A DNA stretch of 63,834 nucleotides, counting the filler. It is 8 parts of 8 records of this genome, joined end to end, with 100 filler letters (N's around TTAATTAATTAA, not from the genome) between each part and the next. Parts side by side here need not be neighbours in the genome. Positions count along the whole stretch, not along the records: positions 6,407 to 19,847 come from SRR31156797_41862; positions 19,948 to 30,794 come from SRR31156797_41906; 6 more parts are not named here. One strand, given 5' to 3'. A program made the translations under genes and the position numbers. This document shows, in pieces, positions 18,413-28,503 of this stretch. The notes under the pieces were generated by a model that saw only the letters and a list, made by a program, of their open reading frames with translations, was not told the DNA's origin and did not search any database. Position 1 is the first letter of the stretch. Each line of letters begins with the position of its first letter.

Positions 18413-19708
18413 ATGACCAAGGAAAAGAAGACCCATTTGTCAAAGGACCATTGGCTCGAGCAGGAGGGAATCGGATGGGCTGAAGAGGTGGCCACGGAGG
18501 ACTTTTCACCTCATATCCCGGAAGCCGAATTTAATCTGAGAATTGAAAAAGCCAGGCAATTGCTGGCCAGGCACGGCCTTGACGCCATGATTCTGTTTGC
18601 AGAGGAAAACAAGTATTACTACGGCGGGTACCGTGATGCGGCGCTTATGTTCACCGACAGGTGGCGGCACTGTATTATTGTCTCCCAGGAACATGAGCCG
18701 GTGTTTGTGGGAGAATCAATTCTGGACAGCAATGTTCGCAAAACCACCTGGATAAAGGACGCCAGGTATTGGTGCGGCATCAAGAACTGGCGCTTGCCGA
18801 TCAAGTTCATTGAAGTTCTCAAGGATACTATCATCGATCTGAAACTGGACAACAAGGTCATTGGAATGGAGTTCGGGGCCCATCACATTTCCCAGGTAGG
18901 CGTTGATGAAATCCGGATGATCGAAGCGGCTTTTCCCAACGCAAAATTTGTGAGCGCGGAAAAAGTGTTGTGGGAACAGAAGATGATCAAAACGGACTGG
19001 GAAATAGCACTTATGAAAGAGATGTGCGACAAAGCCGGACGGGTATTGGAAAAGGGCTGGAAAGCTATCAGACCCGGATTGACGGAAAGGGATATTCACC
19101 GGATCATCTGGCAGGAATGGATCAACGAAGACATGTTTGAGACGCCCTGCATGAGCAACCCGGTCCTGTTTCTTTGCGGATCGGATGCTCCGGGTAAATG
19201 GCGCATCGTAACCACGCCTTTTTTCGACCGCGTAATTAAAGAAGGGGACCAGGGCTTTTCTGACTGCGGCCCTTCCTACAAAGGATACTGGACCGACCTG
19301 CAAAGATGTTTTTATGTCGGCGATAAACTGCCGCCGCGCCTGGACGACCTTTCCAGATGGGGGCGTGATGCATACATGAACACGGTAAACAATATTGTCC
19401 CGGGTATGAGATCCTGCGACGTTTTCAAGCTGGCTGAAAAGGAGACATATCGTCAGGACTGGAACCAGTTCGTGCCCATTGAATTCGTGGGTCATGGCAT
19501 TGGAACCCTTAACCATGAACCGCCCTGGCTGGCCGAAGACGACCTCACCGAACTTCAACCCGGCATGACGCTGTGCATTGAGGTAGGATGTTACGACTCG
19601 GAGTTGATTTATTACGGTAACATGCCGGAAGACATATGGCTGGTCACGGACGACGGTTTGGAATTGATCGGCATTGACCTTCCGCGTGAAGTCTGGCTTT
19701 GCGGATAA
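18413..19708 (+). CDS. M24 (Xaa-Pro peptidase/creatinase-like) hydrolase
   Basis: Creatinase-type N-domain; metal ligands SDCG, WTDLQR, GHGIG, HEPP, IEVG, PED. Confidence 0.9.
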   Translation: MTKEKKTHLSKDHWLEQEGIGWAEEVATEDFSPHIPEAEFNLRIEKARQLLARHGLDAMILFAEENKYYYGGYRDAALMFTDRWRHCIIVSQEHEPVFVGESILDSNVRKTTWIKDARYWCGIKNWRLPIKFIEVLKDTIIDLKLDNKVIGMEFGAHHISQVGVDEIRMIEAAFPNAKFVSAEKVLWEQKMIKTDWEIALMKEMCDKAGRVLEKGWKAIRPGLTERDIHRIIWQEWINEDMFETPCMSNPVLFLCGSDAPGKWRIVTTPFFDRVIKEGDQGFSDCGPSYKGYWTDLQRCFYVGDKLPPRLDDLSRWGRDAYMNTVNNIVPGMRSCDVFKLAEKETYRQDWNQFVPIEFVGHGIGTLNHEPPWLAEDDLTELQPGMTLCIEVGCYDSELIYYGNMPEDIWLVTDDGLELIGIDLPREVWLCG

Positions 19709-19716
19709 ACAACTGC

Positions 19717-19747
19717 CCTGCTCCGCCCACCGACTCGGCGGAGCAGG
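19717..19747 (+). other. 11-bp stem-loop after the M24 gene
   Basis: CCTGCTCCGCC / GGCGGAGCAGG. Confidence 0.6.
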
Positions 19748-19765
19748 ATTATAAAGGAGGCGCCA

Positions 19766-19847
19766 GTGAGCATTCAATTTTCAAACGATGAAAGAATTGC
19801 CTATTTGACCATAATGGCCGGCTCCGGCAACGTGATTTTATACGATG
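19766..19847 (+). CDS. 5' fragment of a probable enoyl-CoA hydratase/crotonase-family gene
   Basis: AAGGAGG RBS, GTG start, MSIQFSNDERIAYLTIMAGSGNV. Truncated by the gap. Confidence 0.5.
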
Positions 19848-19947
19848 NNNNNNNNNNNNNNNNNNNNNNNNNNNNNNNNNNNNNNNNNNNNTTAATTAAT
19901 TAANNNNNNNNNNNNNNNNNNNNNNNNNNNNNNNNNNNNNNNNNNNN
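19848..19947. other. Artificial contig linker
   Basis: N run, TTAATTAATTAA, N run. Confidence 0.99.
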
Positions 19948-20703
19948 AGGGCTTGAAATGAAGGGGTGCCGATCTCCCCCAGCTTTTTGAAATTGGTTCC
20001 GGGATCGTGGGGATTGGCGATTATCACTCCGTCATCCTGGACCAGGAGGACAAATCCTGTCTTGCCGAGCTTGATTTGATTGATCATATCCGTGAGGCGC
20101 TCGAGGCTCAGATCCATGCCGCAGACCCCCGCAACTTGACCGGTTTCATTCTTTACGGCGCGGGCCAAGGTGATGGTGGCAGCGCCGGTGGCAGACATGT
20201 ATGCCTTGGAAAGCCTTGTTTTGCCCGGTTCCTGGAGTGCCATCCTGTACCAGGGACGTTTTCTCGGGTCAAATCCCGGGGGAAGCGGATCGTCCGACGC
20301 AAGGGCTATGCCGCCCAATGGGGTCCCCATGTAAATATCCATATAATTGTCATGGGCGGCGGCGACCCATCGTAAAATGCGGGTGGTCTGTTTATGCCGT
20401 TGGCTTTGTTCAAATGAGGAGGAGCGGTTTTTCCGGGTGCTGCCCGGGAGATTCGTCGGGGAACCGTCCACTCCTTTTAATAAAGGATGGGATGAGAGCA
20501 TCTCAATGTTGGACCGGGTCTCCGCAAAAAACTGGGACAGGGCCATGTCCGCCTGAAGCAGCCGGGCGTTTGTGGCGTTGACAAAGTTGTCCATGGATGC
20601 GTTTTTTATCCTGCATCCAATGATCAGGCAGAGTAGGGTCAGGGGGATGATAAGGGCTCCAAGAAAGGATATCAGCAGTTTTTTTCTTATGCTCAGGTTC
20701 ATG
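19948..20703 (-). CDS. Methyl-accepting chemotaxis protein, dCache sensor portion (3' truncated)
   Basis: SIRKKL plus TM, FDPRKRPWY, AYMSA, LGKTGFVLLV..DG.IIANP. The signalling domain is not visible. Confidence 0.78.
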
Positions 20704-21004
20704 CAATTCTCCATTGGTAAAAGTAACTTTAAACAACGAACAAACTTTTGGTCGCTCCTAAAGAAGTTTGGTTCGCCTAAGGCAAAGGTGCAATATATAA
20801 CAGCCTCCCTGGAAATCAAGCCCTGAATTGTCCCGCTGAATTAATTGAGCAGGTTTTTTTCGAAAAACAGGTCAGGGAAATCATGGGATGATGTTGCCAT
20901 GATGATCTTCCCCCATGGTGGTTCTTCCTCCGTCCATATGAGGTAATACTTACGAAAAAGGTTGACTTGTTTTGCCTTGTGTGACATTAGCATTTCCTAA
21001 GAGA

Positions 21005-21110
21005 TCGTCAGGAAGGCGACAGGGTAGAAAAAAAAGTCAGTTTATATAGTTAAGAATAAGCCACGAAGGTTTACGGAGGAGGTCCGTATCTTTGTGGCTT
21101 TTTTTGTTTT
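21005..21110 (+). promoter_or_regulatory. Leader attenuator: small hairpin plus intrinsic terminator upstream of the TonB operon
   Basis: TCGTC-AGGAA-GGCGA hairpin, then AAGCCACGAAG...CTTTGTGGCTT followed by a T run. Confidence 0.7.
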
Positions 21111-21163
21111 TATCACATGGGGAAAGGAGAAGAGTAATTTTATTGAGATAAGAAAAAGAGGAC

Positions 21164-21200
21164 GGCAGCATGGTCCGGCCAAGGTTGCCATGCTGCCTTT
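21164..21200 (+). other. Second leader hairpin
   Basis: Perfect 10-bp inverted repeat GGCAGCATGG / CCATGCTGCC followed by TTT. Confidence 0.55.
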
Positions 21201-21371
21201 GGTTCGAATCACTTCCCGGTTGGAAGGCTTCGATGGAGCAGTGTAGCATCATTTGTTCCCTCGGGTCAATCGGGTGATTCCCAGTGACATCAACCCATTA
21301 ATGTCCCGGTGCCCGCGGGCAAAGGCCGTGGGAAAGTTCTTGCGGAACCATGGGCGGCGGAGGAGAAAAAG

Positions 21372-23459
21372 ATGATGAAGAAGATGTTGGAAACGGTGGC
21401 CTTCGGGCTGCTGGCTGGTTCTTTAATGATTTTCGGCGGTTCACGGGCCTGGGCCGGGGAGAGGGCGGTTCTGGAAGATATCACGGTTACGGCCACCAAG
21501 ACCGAGGTAAATGCGGACTCGGTGCCCTTTACCTTTCATTCGGTGGAGCGGGAAGAGCTGGACCGGCAGCCTGAATTTTACATGGACAATATCGGCGAAC
21601 TGGTCCGGGACGTTCCAGGGGTTCATGTGGGGCAGTATTATCCCTGGGGGCCGCCCTGGATTCACCTGAGGGGGACCGGGTATTTTATCGGGCGTACCGT
21701 TTACTTGATTGACGGGCTTCCCACCCATTCTTTCATGTCCACGGCCATCAATCCCAGGGACGTGGAGCGGATGGATGTGCTCCTGGGGCCATCCTCCGCC
21801 ATTTACGGCCCCAATGCCTCGGGGGGCTGCGTCAATACCGTCACCCGGACCGGACATGCCGGCACAGGGGCCACGGCTGAGATCTCCTACGGCTCCAACA
21901 ACACCTTCCGGCCCCATGCCGACGTCGGCGGTGAGTCCGGGAATTGGAGTTACTACCTCTCCTATTCCGGGGACTATTCCGACGGTTACCACATGAAGCC
22001 GGTTGACGGTATGATGGAACTTTACGGTCTGGGAAAGAAGCAGTACATCAAAAGCGCTTCCCTGGAGGACAATGAGTATGATCAGTCCTGGTTTGCCGGC
22101 AAAGCGGTCTGGAAAGGGTCGGAGGGGGCCAGGTTTTCCCTCAGCACCCACTATACCGAGCGTTATCTCTACGGGGGCCATCCCAATTCCCTGCTAAACG
22201 ATGACGGGTACCAGTACATCACCACGGCCCGGTTCGAGGCCCCGGTGGGTGAGGTCGCCAAGGTGAAGGTCTCGGCGGCCTACCACTACGATGACCATCC
22301 CATGCAGGAGACCAAGGGTATCTCGGTAATCGATGGTGAACCCGTGGCGGATTCCACCATCAACTACAAGACGGACTGGACCCGGGCCATCCTTCCCGTG
22401 GATGTTCAGACCGATTTTTACCTGGGGGATAACAATATCCTCACCGCCGGTCTCTTTTTTTCCCGGGAGACGGAAAAGAAGCATCAGGTCTGGTGGGCGG
22501 ACAACTCCACCAAATATCTCTCTGAGCTGAATACCACCCAGAAGGCGGCTTACTTCCAGGACCAGTGGATGCTGATGGATGATCGTCTCTCCCTTTTGGC
22601 CGGGGTTCGCTATGACCATTGGACCTACCACGATATCTACGATTCCAATTCCACCAACCAGACCCCGGACGATGTCACCAAGCACCACACCACCTTCCGG
22701 GGCGGGGCCAAATACCGGTTCAACGATCAGGTCGCCGTCCGCTGCTCCCTGGGTACGGCCTTCTGGCCCGGCCTGGCCAAGTGGTTTTTCCAGAACATCA
22801 CCGAGGGAACCAGCCAGCGTGAGGCCAACCCGGGTCTTGAGCCGGAGAAGACCGTCATGGGAGATATCGGGGTGGATCTTTTTCATCCCGGTTGGGGCAC
22901 CGCCTTTTCCGTGACCGGTTATTACGGTGAGATCGATGACATGGTCTCCTACAGCTACGATGAGAACCCGGACCTGGAAGGGGGGCATATTACCCGGACC
23001 CGTAACCTGGGCGGGGCTGAAATCTATGGATTGGAGCTGTCTCTCAAGCAGCCCCTGACCGACCATCTTTCCTTTACAGGGGCCTTGACGTTGAACCATT
23101 CCAGGATAGAGGACGATCCCGGCAAAGACGGGAACCAGCTCAGGAACGCTCCGGATTACTGGGGCAGCCTGGGCCTTTCCTATCTTAACCCGGATCTTGT
23201 TTCAGGCGAGATCCTGTACCGGTTTTCCGACGACAGGTACTACGACGACAGCAACACGGATCTTCCCTATTTCCACATGAAGGCCTATGAGACCCTGGAC
23301 GTGAAGGTATGGCGGGACTGGAAGATCACTTCAGGTTTGACCCTTACCACGGCTTTGTCCGCGGTGAACCTCACCGATGAGGAGTACGCCACCGAGATCT
23401 GTTACGTCAATCCCGGGCGGTATATCCAGGGAACCCTGGCCCTGAAACGGGCCTTTTAA
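21372..23459 (+). CDS. TonB-dependent outer-membrane receptor
   Basis: Signal peptide, TonB box EDITVTATKT, plug LRG...IDG..GPSSAIYG, NPGLEPE, terminal Phe. Confidence 0.93.
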   Translation: MMKKMLETVAFGLLAGSLMIFGGSRAWAGERAVLEDITVTATKTEVNADSVPFTFHSVEREELDRQPEFYMDNIGELVRDVPGVHVGQYYPWGPPWIHLRGTGYFIGRTVYLIDGLPTHSFMSTAINPRDVERMDVLLGPSSAIYGPNASGGCVNTVTRTGHAGTGATAEISYGSNNTFRPHADVGGESGNWSYYLSYSGDYSDGYHMKPVDGMMELYGLGKKQYIKSASLEDNEYDQSWFAGKAVWKGSEGARFSLSTHYTERYLYGGHPNSLLNDDGYQYITTARFEAPVGEVAKVKVSAAYHYDDHPMQETKGISVIDGEPVADSTINYKTDWTRAILPVDVQTDFYLGDNNILTAGLFFSRETEKKHQVWWADNSTKYLSELNTTQKAAYFQDQWMLMDDRLSLLAGVRYDHWTYHDIYDSNSTNQTPDDVTKHHTTFRGGAKYRFNDQVAVRCSLGTAFWPGLAKWFFQNITEGTSQREANPGLEPEKTVMGDIGVDLFHPGWGTAFSVTGYYGEIDDMVSYSYDENPDLEGGHITRTRNLGGAEIYGLELSLKQPLTDHLSFTGALTLNHSRIEDDPGKDGNQLRNAPDYWGSLGLSYLNPDLVSGEILYRFSDDRYYDDSNTDLPYFHMKAYETLDVKVWRDWKITSGLTLTTALSAVNLTDEEYATEICYVNPGRYIQGTLALKRAF

Positions 23460-23470
23460 GGAGACCGGGC

Positions 23471-25021
23471 ATGGAACGGATAAATAAACAGGAAAAATGG
23501 GGAAGGCCCCGTGGTTTTGCGGAATTGGTTTTGGTGATTCTTTTCCTGGGACTCTCCCTTTGTCCGGTTCATGTCGGACCGGCCCCTGATCCCTCCTGCC
23601 TCACCATCGGGGTGGGGCGGGATTTTTACGAGGGCAGGGGCAGCAGAACCTTTCTCCACGGCTCCACCGGTACCTGGGAGGCCCTCACCCGGCTGGACGA
23701 AAATCTTGAGGCTGAATCCTGGCTGGCCACCTCCTGGGAGAGCGGGGAGGGGGGCCGGGTCTGGAGTTTTTGCCTGAGGGACGGGGTGCGGTTTCACGAC
23801 GGTACCCCGTTCACAGCCCGGGAGGCCGCCCTTTCCGTGCAACGGATCCTCGATCATCCCGGGTTCGATCCCGGGGGAAACCTGAGGGAGGTTGTCTCGG
23901 TGATTCCCCGGGGACGGCTGGAGCTGGTCTTTCAACTGGAAAGGCCGGTTCCCGGGTTCCCCAAGCGGGTCGCCTACTACAGCTCTCCCATGATCAAGCC
24001 GGACTGCTTTGACGGGAAGGGGGGGCTCACCTCTTTCATTGCCACCGGTCCCTTTAAACTGAACAAGGCGCTTCCGGGGCGGGAGGTAAGGCTGGATGCC
24101 TTCAGCGGGTATTGGGGCACCCGGCCCTTTTATAAAAAGGTGATCTTCAAGACCATCCCGGACGCCAGGACCCGGGTGGCGGCCCTGAAAGCAGGTGCCA
24201 TTGACGCCGTGGCCGATGTGGGGGGAATTCTTCCCGAGCAGGTCGCGGACCTTACATCCGATCCCGGCATCCGGGTGGACCAGGTGGAGGTTGCAACCAC
24301 CCATGTATTGTTGTTCAATTGCGGGGCACCGCCCTTTGACCGGCCTGCCGCCCGCCGCTGGCTGGCCGGTGCCCTGGATCGAAAGACCGTGGTGGATCTT
24401 TTTGCCCGGGGGGGCGGGGTGGTGGCAAGCTCGCCCTACACCCGGCTGGGCAGGAACAAGGCCTTGGGGCTTATCCAGCCCGTCAGGGCCCCCATGCCGG
24501 ATTTCTCAGGGGAAAAGGAGGTGGTACTGCTTCTCCACGGCGGTACCCTGGGGCGCTGGCCCTATCTTTCCATCGCCCAGGTGGTGGTGGACCTGCTCCG
24601 GCAGGCAGGGCTTTCCGCCCGTATCGAGATCCGGGAACCGGGAAGTTTCCAGGAGTCGGTCAAAAGGCGGCGATACCACCTGGCCATCCAGCCCTACACC
24701 CTCATGAGCGGTGACCCGGATTTTTTCTATTCCTATTTCATTGCAGGGGGGGCTGCCCGCAACCTGGGCTGGGTTAATTCCGAGGCGGACCGGCTCATCC
24801 TGGCCGCAAGATACGAGATGGACGGGATAAACCGGGCATCGATCTATCGTCGGTTGGAAAAGCTCATGGCCGATCATCTGCCGCTCCTGCCCCTTTTTTA
24901 TGACAAGCCCTATTATGCGTTTCAAAAACGGGTGGCTGATTTTACCATGGACCATATGTTCAAACCCGGCCTGATCCGGGCACGACCCGATGAAGTAAAG
25001 GATACAAAGGAGAGACAATGA
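23471..25021 (+). CDS. NikA/Opp-family solute-binding protein
   Basis: LATSW, LRDGVRFHDGTPF, IATGPF. Confidence 0.9.
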   Translation: MERINKQEKWGRPRGFAELVLVILFLGLSLCPVHVGPAPDPSCLTIGVGRDFYEGRGSRTFLHGSTGTWEALTRLDENLEAESWLATSWESGEGGRVWSFCLRDGVRFHDGTPFTAREAALSVQRILDHPGFDPGGNLREVVSVIPRGRLELVFQLERPVPGFPKRVAYYSSPMIKPDCFDGKGGLTSFIATGPFKLNKALPGREVRLDAFSGYWGTRPFYKKVIFKTIPDARTRVAALKAGAIDAVADVGGILPEQVADLTSDPGIRVDQVEVATTHVLLFNCGAPPFDRPAARRWLAGALDRKTVVDLFARGGGVVASSPYTRLGRNKALGLIQPVRAPMPDFSGEKEVVLLLHGGTLGRWPYLSIAQVVVDLLRQAGLSARIEIREPGSFQESVKRRRYHLAIQPYTLMSGDPDFFYSYFIAGGAARNLGWVNSEADRLILAARYEMDGINRASIYRRLEKLMADHLPLLPLFYDKPYYAFQKRVADFTMDHMFKPGLIRARPDEVKDTKERQ

Positions 25022-25890
25022 ACCTGAAGATTTCAGAAAAGCGCCTTGACCGGGAATATTGGGAGGATGCCTGGGCGTCTCTCAAGGAGAACTCCATAAT
25101 CGCCCGGACCCAGAAGGCGAATCCGGATGCCTGGCACGGCTTTTACAACCGGGTGGGGCGGGTTTACCACAGGATATGGGGCGGTCCGGGGGACCTGGGA
25201 AACAGGGTGGCAGGGCATCTCGTGGCCGAAGGGCTGGCCGGCCCGGGCAGGTCTGTCCTGGATCTCGGCTGCGGGCCGGGCACCCTCACCATCCCCCTGG
25301 CCAGGTCCGGTTGCCGGCTCATGGCCGTGGATTATGCCCCGGGGATGCTTGCGACGTTGAAGAAAAAAGGAGGCACCGGCCTATCCATTGCCGTCCGGTG
25401 CGCCCGTTTTGAGGCGTTGGAGGATATCTCTGCCCATGACCTGGTACTGGCTGCCTTTTTTCCCCCGGTGTTCAGCCCGGAGGGGGTGGCTGCCATGGAA
25501 AAATTCTCCCGGGGGAGCTGCGCCGTTGTCCTGGGATCGGGAAGCGGGGGACTGCCCATCAGGGAGAGGCTGTGGTCCGCCCTTATGGACACGCCCCCGG
25601 ACAGTCCGGCCCTCTCCCACCTGGAGTGTCTGACCGGGTATCTTGATGCAACGGGAAGGGGGCCGGATCTCAAGGAACTGGCCTGGGAGCATGGGTGGGA
25701 GGCCGCCTTGGATGATTGCCTGGATTTTTTCCTGTCCTATTTTTCCATTTTCGGGAAGGACTCAGCGGATGACAGGGCGTGTATCCGAAAGATCCTGGAA
25801 GAGGAGGCCCGGGGGGGAAAAATTTCCGGTCCCTGTCAACGAAAGCTTACCGTTGTTTCCTGGAAGCCGGTAAAACGGGACCTCCCATGA
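25018..25890 (+). CDS. Class I SAM-dependent methyltransferase
   Basis: VLDLGCGPG motif I, AVD motif II; ATGA overlaps on both sides. Confidence 0.88.
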   Translation: MNLKISEKRLDREYWEDAWASLKENSIIARTQKANPDAWHGFYNRVGRVYHRIWGGPGDLGNRVAGHLVAEGLAGPGRSVLDLGCGPGTLTIPLARSGCRLMAVDYAPGMLATLKKKGGTGLSIAVRCARFEALEDISAHDLVLAAFFPPVFSPEGVAAMEKFSRGSCAVVLGSGSGGLPIRERLWSALMDTPPDSPALSHLECLTGYLDATGRGPDLKELAWEHGWEAALDDCLDFFLSYFSIFGKDSADDRACIRKILEEEARGGKISGPCQRKLTVVSWKPVKRDLP

Positions 25891-26825
25891 GGACGGGGGA
25901 GGTTATTCAGGAATCGGCCTATCTGGTTATGGTCCTCCTGGGGGTGTCCTGGATAACGTTTTCCATGATTTACCTGGCCCCGGGGGACCCGGCTGAGTTG
26001 CTTTTAAGCTCAGGCCTGGAATCCGCCGATCCGGCACGGGTCCTTGCAGTCCGGGAGGAGCTGGGCCTGAACCGTCCCCTGGCGGTACAATATCTCGCAT
26101 GGCTGAAACGCCTGGCATCCGGCGACCTTGGCAGTTCCTTCAGAACCGGGGACCCGGTGGCCCGGGAGATTCTTTTAAGGCTTCCGGCCACCCTATGCCT
26201 GGCGGGCGCCACCTTTTGCTTTACGGTGGCCGGCTCCCTGGCCCTGGGCCTCCTGGGAGCCCTGAAACAAAACCGTTCCACCGACCATTTCATCGGCATT
26301 CTCGGGATTCTCAGCATCTCTGTTCCCGATTACTGGCTGGGGATTCTGCTTATTCTTTTCTTTTCCCTCAAGCTCGGGTGGCTGCCGGTCATGGGATTTG
26401 ACGGTACGGCTTCCCTTATTTTGCCTGTGTTTACCCTGGGCCTTTCCATGGCCGTTATCCAGGGCCGGGTTCTCCGGGCCTCCCTCCTGGAAATCATGGG
26501 CCAGGAGTATATTCTTTTTGCCAGGAGTAAGGGGCTTTCCGGGCGGGTGATCGTCCTTCGCCATCTGTTGAAGAACGCCCTGGTTCCGGTGGTAGTCATG
26601 TGGGGCACCTGCCTGGGAAGCCTTTTGGGCGGGGCGGTGATCATCGAGTCCGTCTTTGCCTGGCCGGGAATCGGAAAGCTGGCCGTGGATGCGGTACTGG
26701 GGCGGGATCTTCCTTTACTTCAGGGGGTGGTCCTGGTCATGGGCGTCTCCTATGTCTTGTGTAATCGATTGGCGGACCTGGCCTGCAGTTACCTGGATCC
26801 CAGGTGGGGAAGGGAAGTGCGATGA
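25887..26825 (+). CDS. NikB/OppB-like permease
   Basis: APGDPA, GDLGSS, YILFARSKG, RDLP. Confidence 0.92.
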   Translation: MRTGEVIQESAYLVMVLLGVSWITFSMIYLAPGDPAELLLSSGLESADPARVLAVREELGLNRPLAVQYLAWLKRLASGDLGSSFRTGDPVAREILLRLPATLCLAGATFCFTVAGSLALGLLGALKQNRSTDHFIGILGILSISVPDYWLGILLILFFSLKLGWLPVMGFDGTASLILPVFTLGLSMAVIQGRVLRASLLEIMGQEYILFARSKGLSGRVIVLRHLLKNALVPVVVMWGTCLGSLLGGAVIIESVFAWPGIGKLAVDAVLGRDLPLLQGVVLVMGVSYVLCNRLADLACSYLDPRWGREVR

Positions 26826-27634
26826 ATTTCAGGATGACAGCAGGGGGACTTTTGGTCCTGGGGTTTGTCCTGGCCTCCCTGGCGGCACCGGTGTTCATTT
26901 CCGGTGATCCCAATGCCGTGGATCTGGGAAGGCGGTTGCTTCCTCCGGGCGTTGCCTGTCCCCTGGGAACGGATCACCTGGGGCGGTGCGTGCTGACCCG
27001 GGTGCTCCTGGGCGGGGGCGTCTCCCTCCTTGCCGGTGTGGGGACAGCCCTGATGGCCCTGGTGCCGGGGATGGCCATGGGATTTCTGGCCGGGCTGGCC
27101 GGCCCCGGGATCTCCCGCACCATCATGTGGGCCGCGGATGTGATGCTCGCCTTCCCGGCATTGATTCCGGCCCTTATTCTGGCCGGGAGCCTGGGACCTT
27201 CCCTTGCCTCCGCCATGATGGGGCTTGGCGCGGTGGGTTGGGCCTGGTGGACCCGCTTTGTCCGGGGCCAGGTCCTGGCGGCCAGGGAAAAGGAGTATGT
27301 GCGGGCAGCCGGGATCATGGGCATCACCCGGTGGCGAATCGTTTTTCATTATATTCTGCCCCAGGTCCTGCCCCCGGTGGTGGTTTACGCCGCATTTCAG
27401 GCCGGGGGGATGATTGTGGCACTGTCCGGCCTCAGCTATCTTGGCCTGGGGATTCAGCCGCCCAGGCCTGAGTGGGGGGCCATGCTCAAGGAGGCCGGTC
27501 TCTATTCGGCCCGGGCTCCCTGGATGGTCCTGGCGCCGGGATTGGCCATCACCCTGGCTGTGCTTGGGTTCAACCTCCTGGGGGAAGGGCTGAGGGACCG
27601 GTTTCAGGTGAGGCCGACGATAGGGAGGCGATGA
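26822..27634 (+). CDS. NikC/OppC-like permease
   Basis: LGTDHLGR, EYVRAA..MG, LSYLGLGIQPP.PEWG. Confidence 0.92.
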   Translation: MNFRMTAGGLLVLGFVLASLAAPVFISGDPNAVDLGRRLLPPGVACPLGTDHLGRCVLTRVLLGGGVSLLAGVGTALMALVPGMAMGFLAGLAGPGISRTIMWAADVMLAFPALIPALILAGSLGPSLASAMMGLGAVGWAWWTRFVRGQVLAAREKEYVRAAGIMGITRWRIVFHYILPQVLPPVVVYAAFQAGGMIVALSGLSYLGLGIQPPRPEWGAMLKEAGLYSARAPWMVLAPGLAITLAVLGFNLLGEGLRDRFQVRPTIGRR

Positions 27635-28503
27635 TGAAAGATAATCTGAATATCCTGGAAGCCAGCGGCCTTTGGGTTCATCTATGTTCAGGAAAGAAGC
27701 AAATGCCCCTGCTCAGGGATGTCTCCCTATCCCTTGAACCCGGTGAAATCCTGGGGGTGGTGGGCGAAAGCGGGGCCGGGAAGACCATGCTGGCCCGCTC
27801 CCTTGCCGGGCTTCTTTCCCCGCCGGCCCGGGTTACGGCCGGAAAGATCCGGTATGGCGGCAATCCGCTGGATTACGCTGATCCGGCAGCCTGGAACAGC
27901 CTCCGGGGGCGGGGAATCTTCGTGATGTTCCAGTCCGCGGTCCAGGCCCTGAACCCCTCTTTGACCGTGGGGCGGCAATTGCTCGAGGCCGTTGATGTGG
28001 GGCGCCGGGCCGGACCGGTTAAGGCCCTGTCAACGGGAGAATTCCCGGTATCTCCGGCGGGTCTGCGGCAAAAAAATGGCGCCCATGATGTGGTAGATCT
28101 CCTTGGGGCCGTGGGACTTTCTTCCGATTTGGCCGGCCGGTATCCCTTTGAAATCAGTGGCGGCATGAAGCAACGGGTCCAGGTGGCCATGGCCCTGGCC
28201 CTCCGGCCGGGGGTGCTCATCGCAGACGAGCCCACCACCGGCCTTGATCCGGCGAATCAGGAGGTGATCCTGGGCCTTCTTTCCGCCTTGAACCGGGATT
28301 TTGGCACGGCGCTCATTCTAGTTTCCCACGATATCCGGGCCGTGGCCTGTCTTTCCCGGAAAATTCTGGTCATGGAACAGGGACGGGTGGTGGAGGCCGG
28401 ATCGCCGGAGCAGGTGGTTTCTTCTCCCGGAAGTGCCGCTGCACGGCAGCTTGTGGAGAACATGATCCGGCTGGAGGAGGGCGTCTGTCCATGCCGCATA
28501 TAG
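27631..28503 (+). CDS. ABC ATPase (NikD/OppD-like)
   Basis: GESGAGKT, ISGGMKQR, IADEPTT. Confidence 0.92.
   Translation: MMKDNLNILEASGLWVHLCSGKKQMPLLRDVSLSLEPGEILGVVGESGAGKTMLARSLAGLLSPPARVTAGKIRYGGNPLDYADPAAWNSLRGRGIFVMFQSAVQALNPSLTVGRQLLEAVDVGRRAGPVKALSTGEFPVSPAGLRQKNGAHDVVDLLGAVGLSSDLAGRYPFEISGGMKQRVQVAMALALRPGVLIADEPTTGLDPANQEVILGLLSALNRDFGTALILVSHDIRAVACLSRKILVMEQGRVVEAGSPEQVVSSPGSAAARQLVENMIRLEEGVCPCRI

Noticed and set aside
18716-19777. Long antisense ORFs (also 21441-23099, 23456-24304, 28257-29186, 52567-53304)
   Set aside because: Shadow ORFs opposite well-supported GC-rich genes, with no recognisable motifs.
20704-20830. c-di-GMP riboswitch before the MCP
   Set aside because: Lacks the GGCAAA/GAAA tetraloop and receptor pattern on the coding strand.
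20940-21000. NikR or Fur operator for the TonB/Nik operon
   Set aside because: GTAATA has no correctly spaced inverted half-site, and there is no Fur-like repeat.
21110-21371. Cobalamin riboswitch upstream of the TonB receptor
   Set aside because: No AGGGAA...CCC core, GCCACTG or B12-box could be found.
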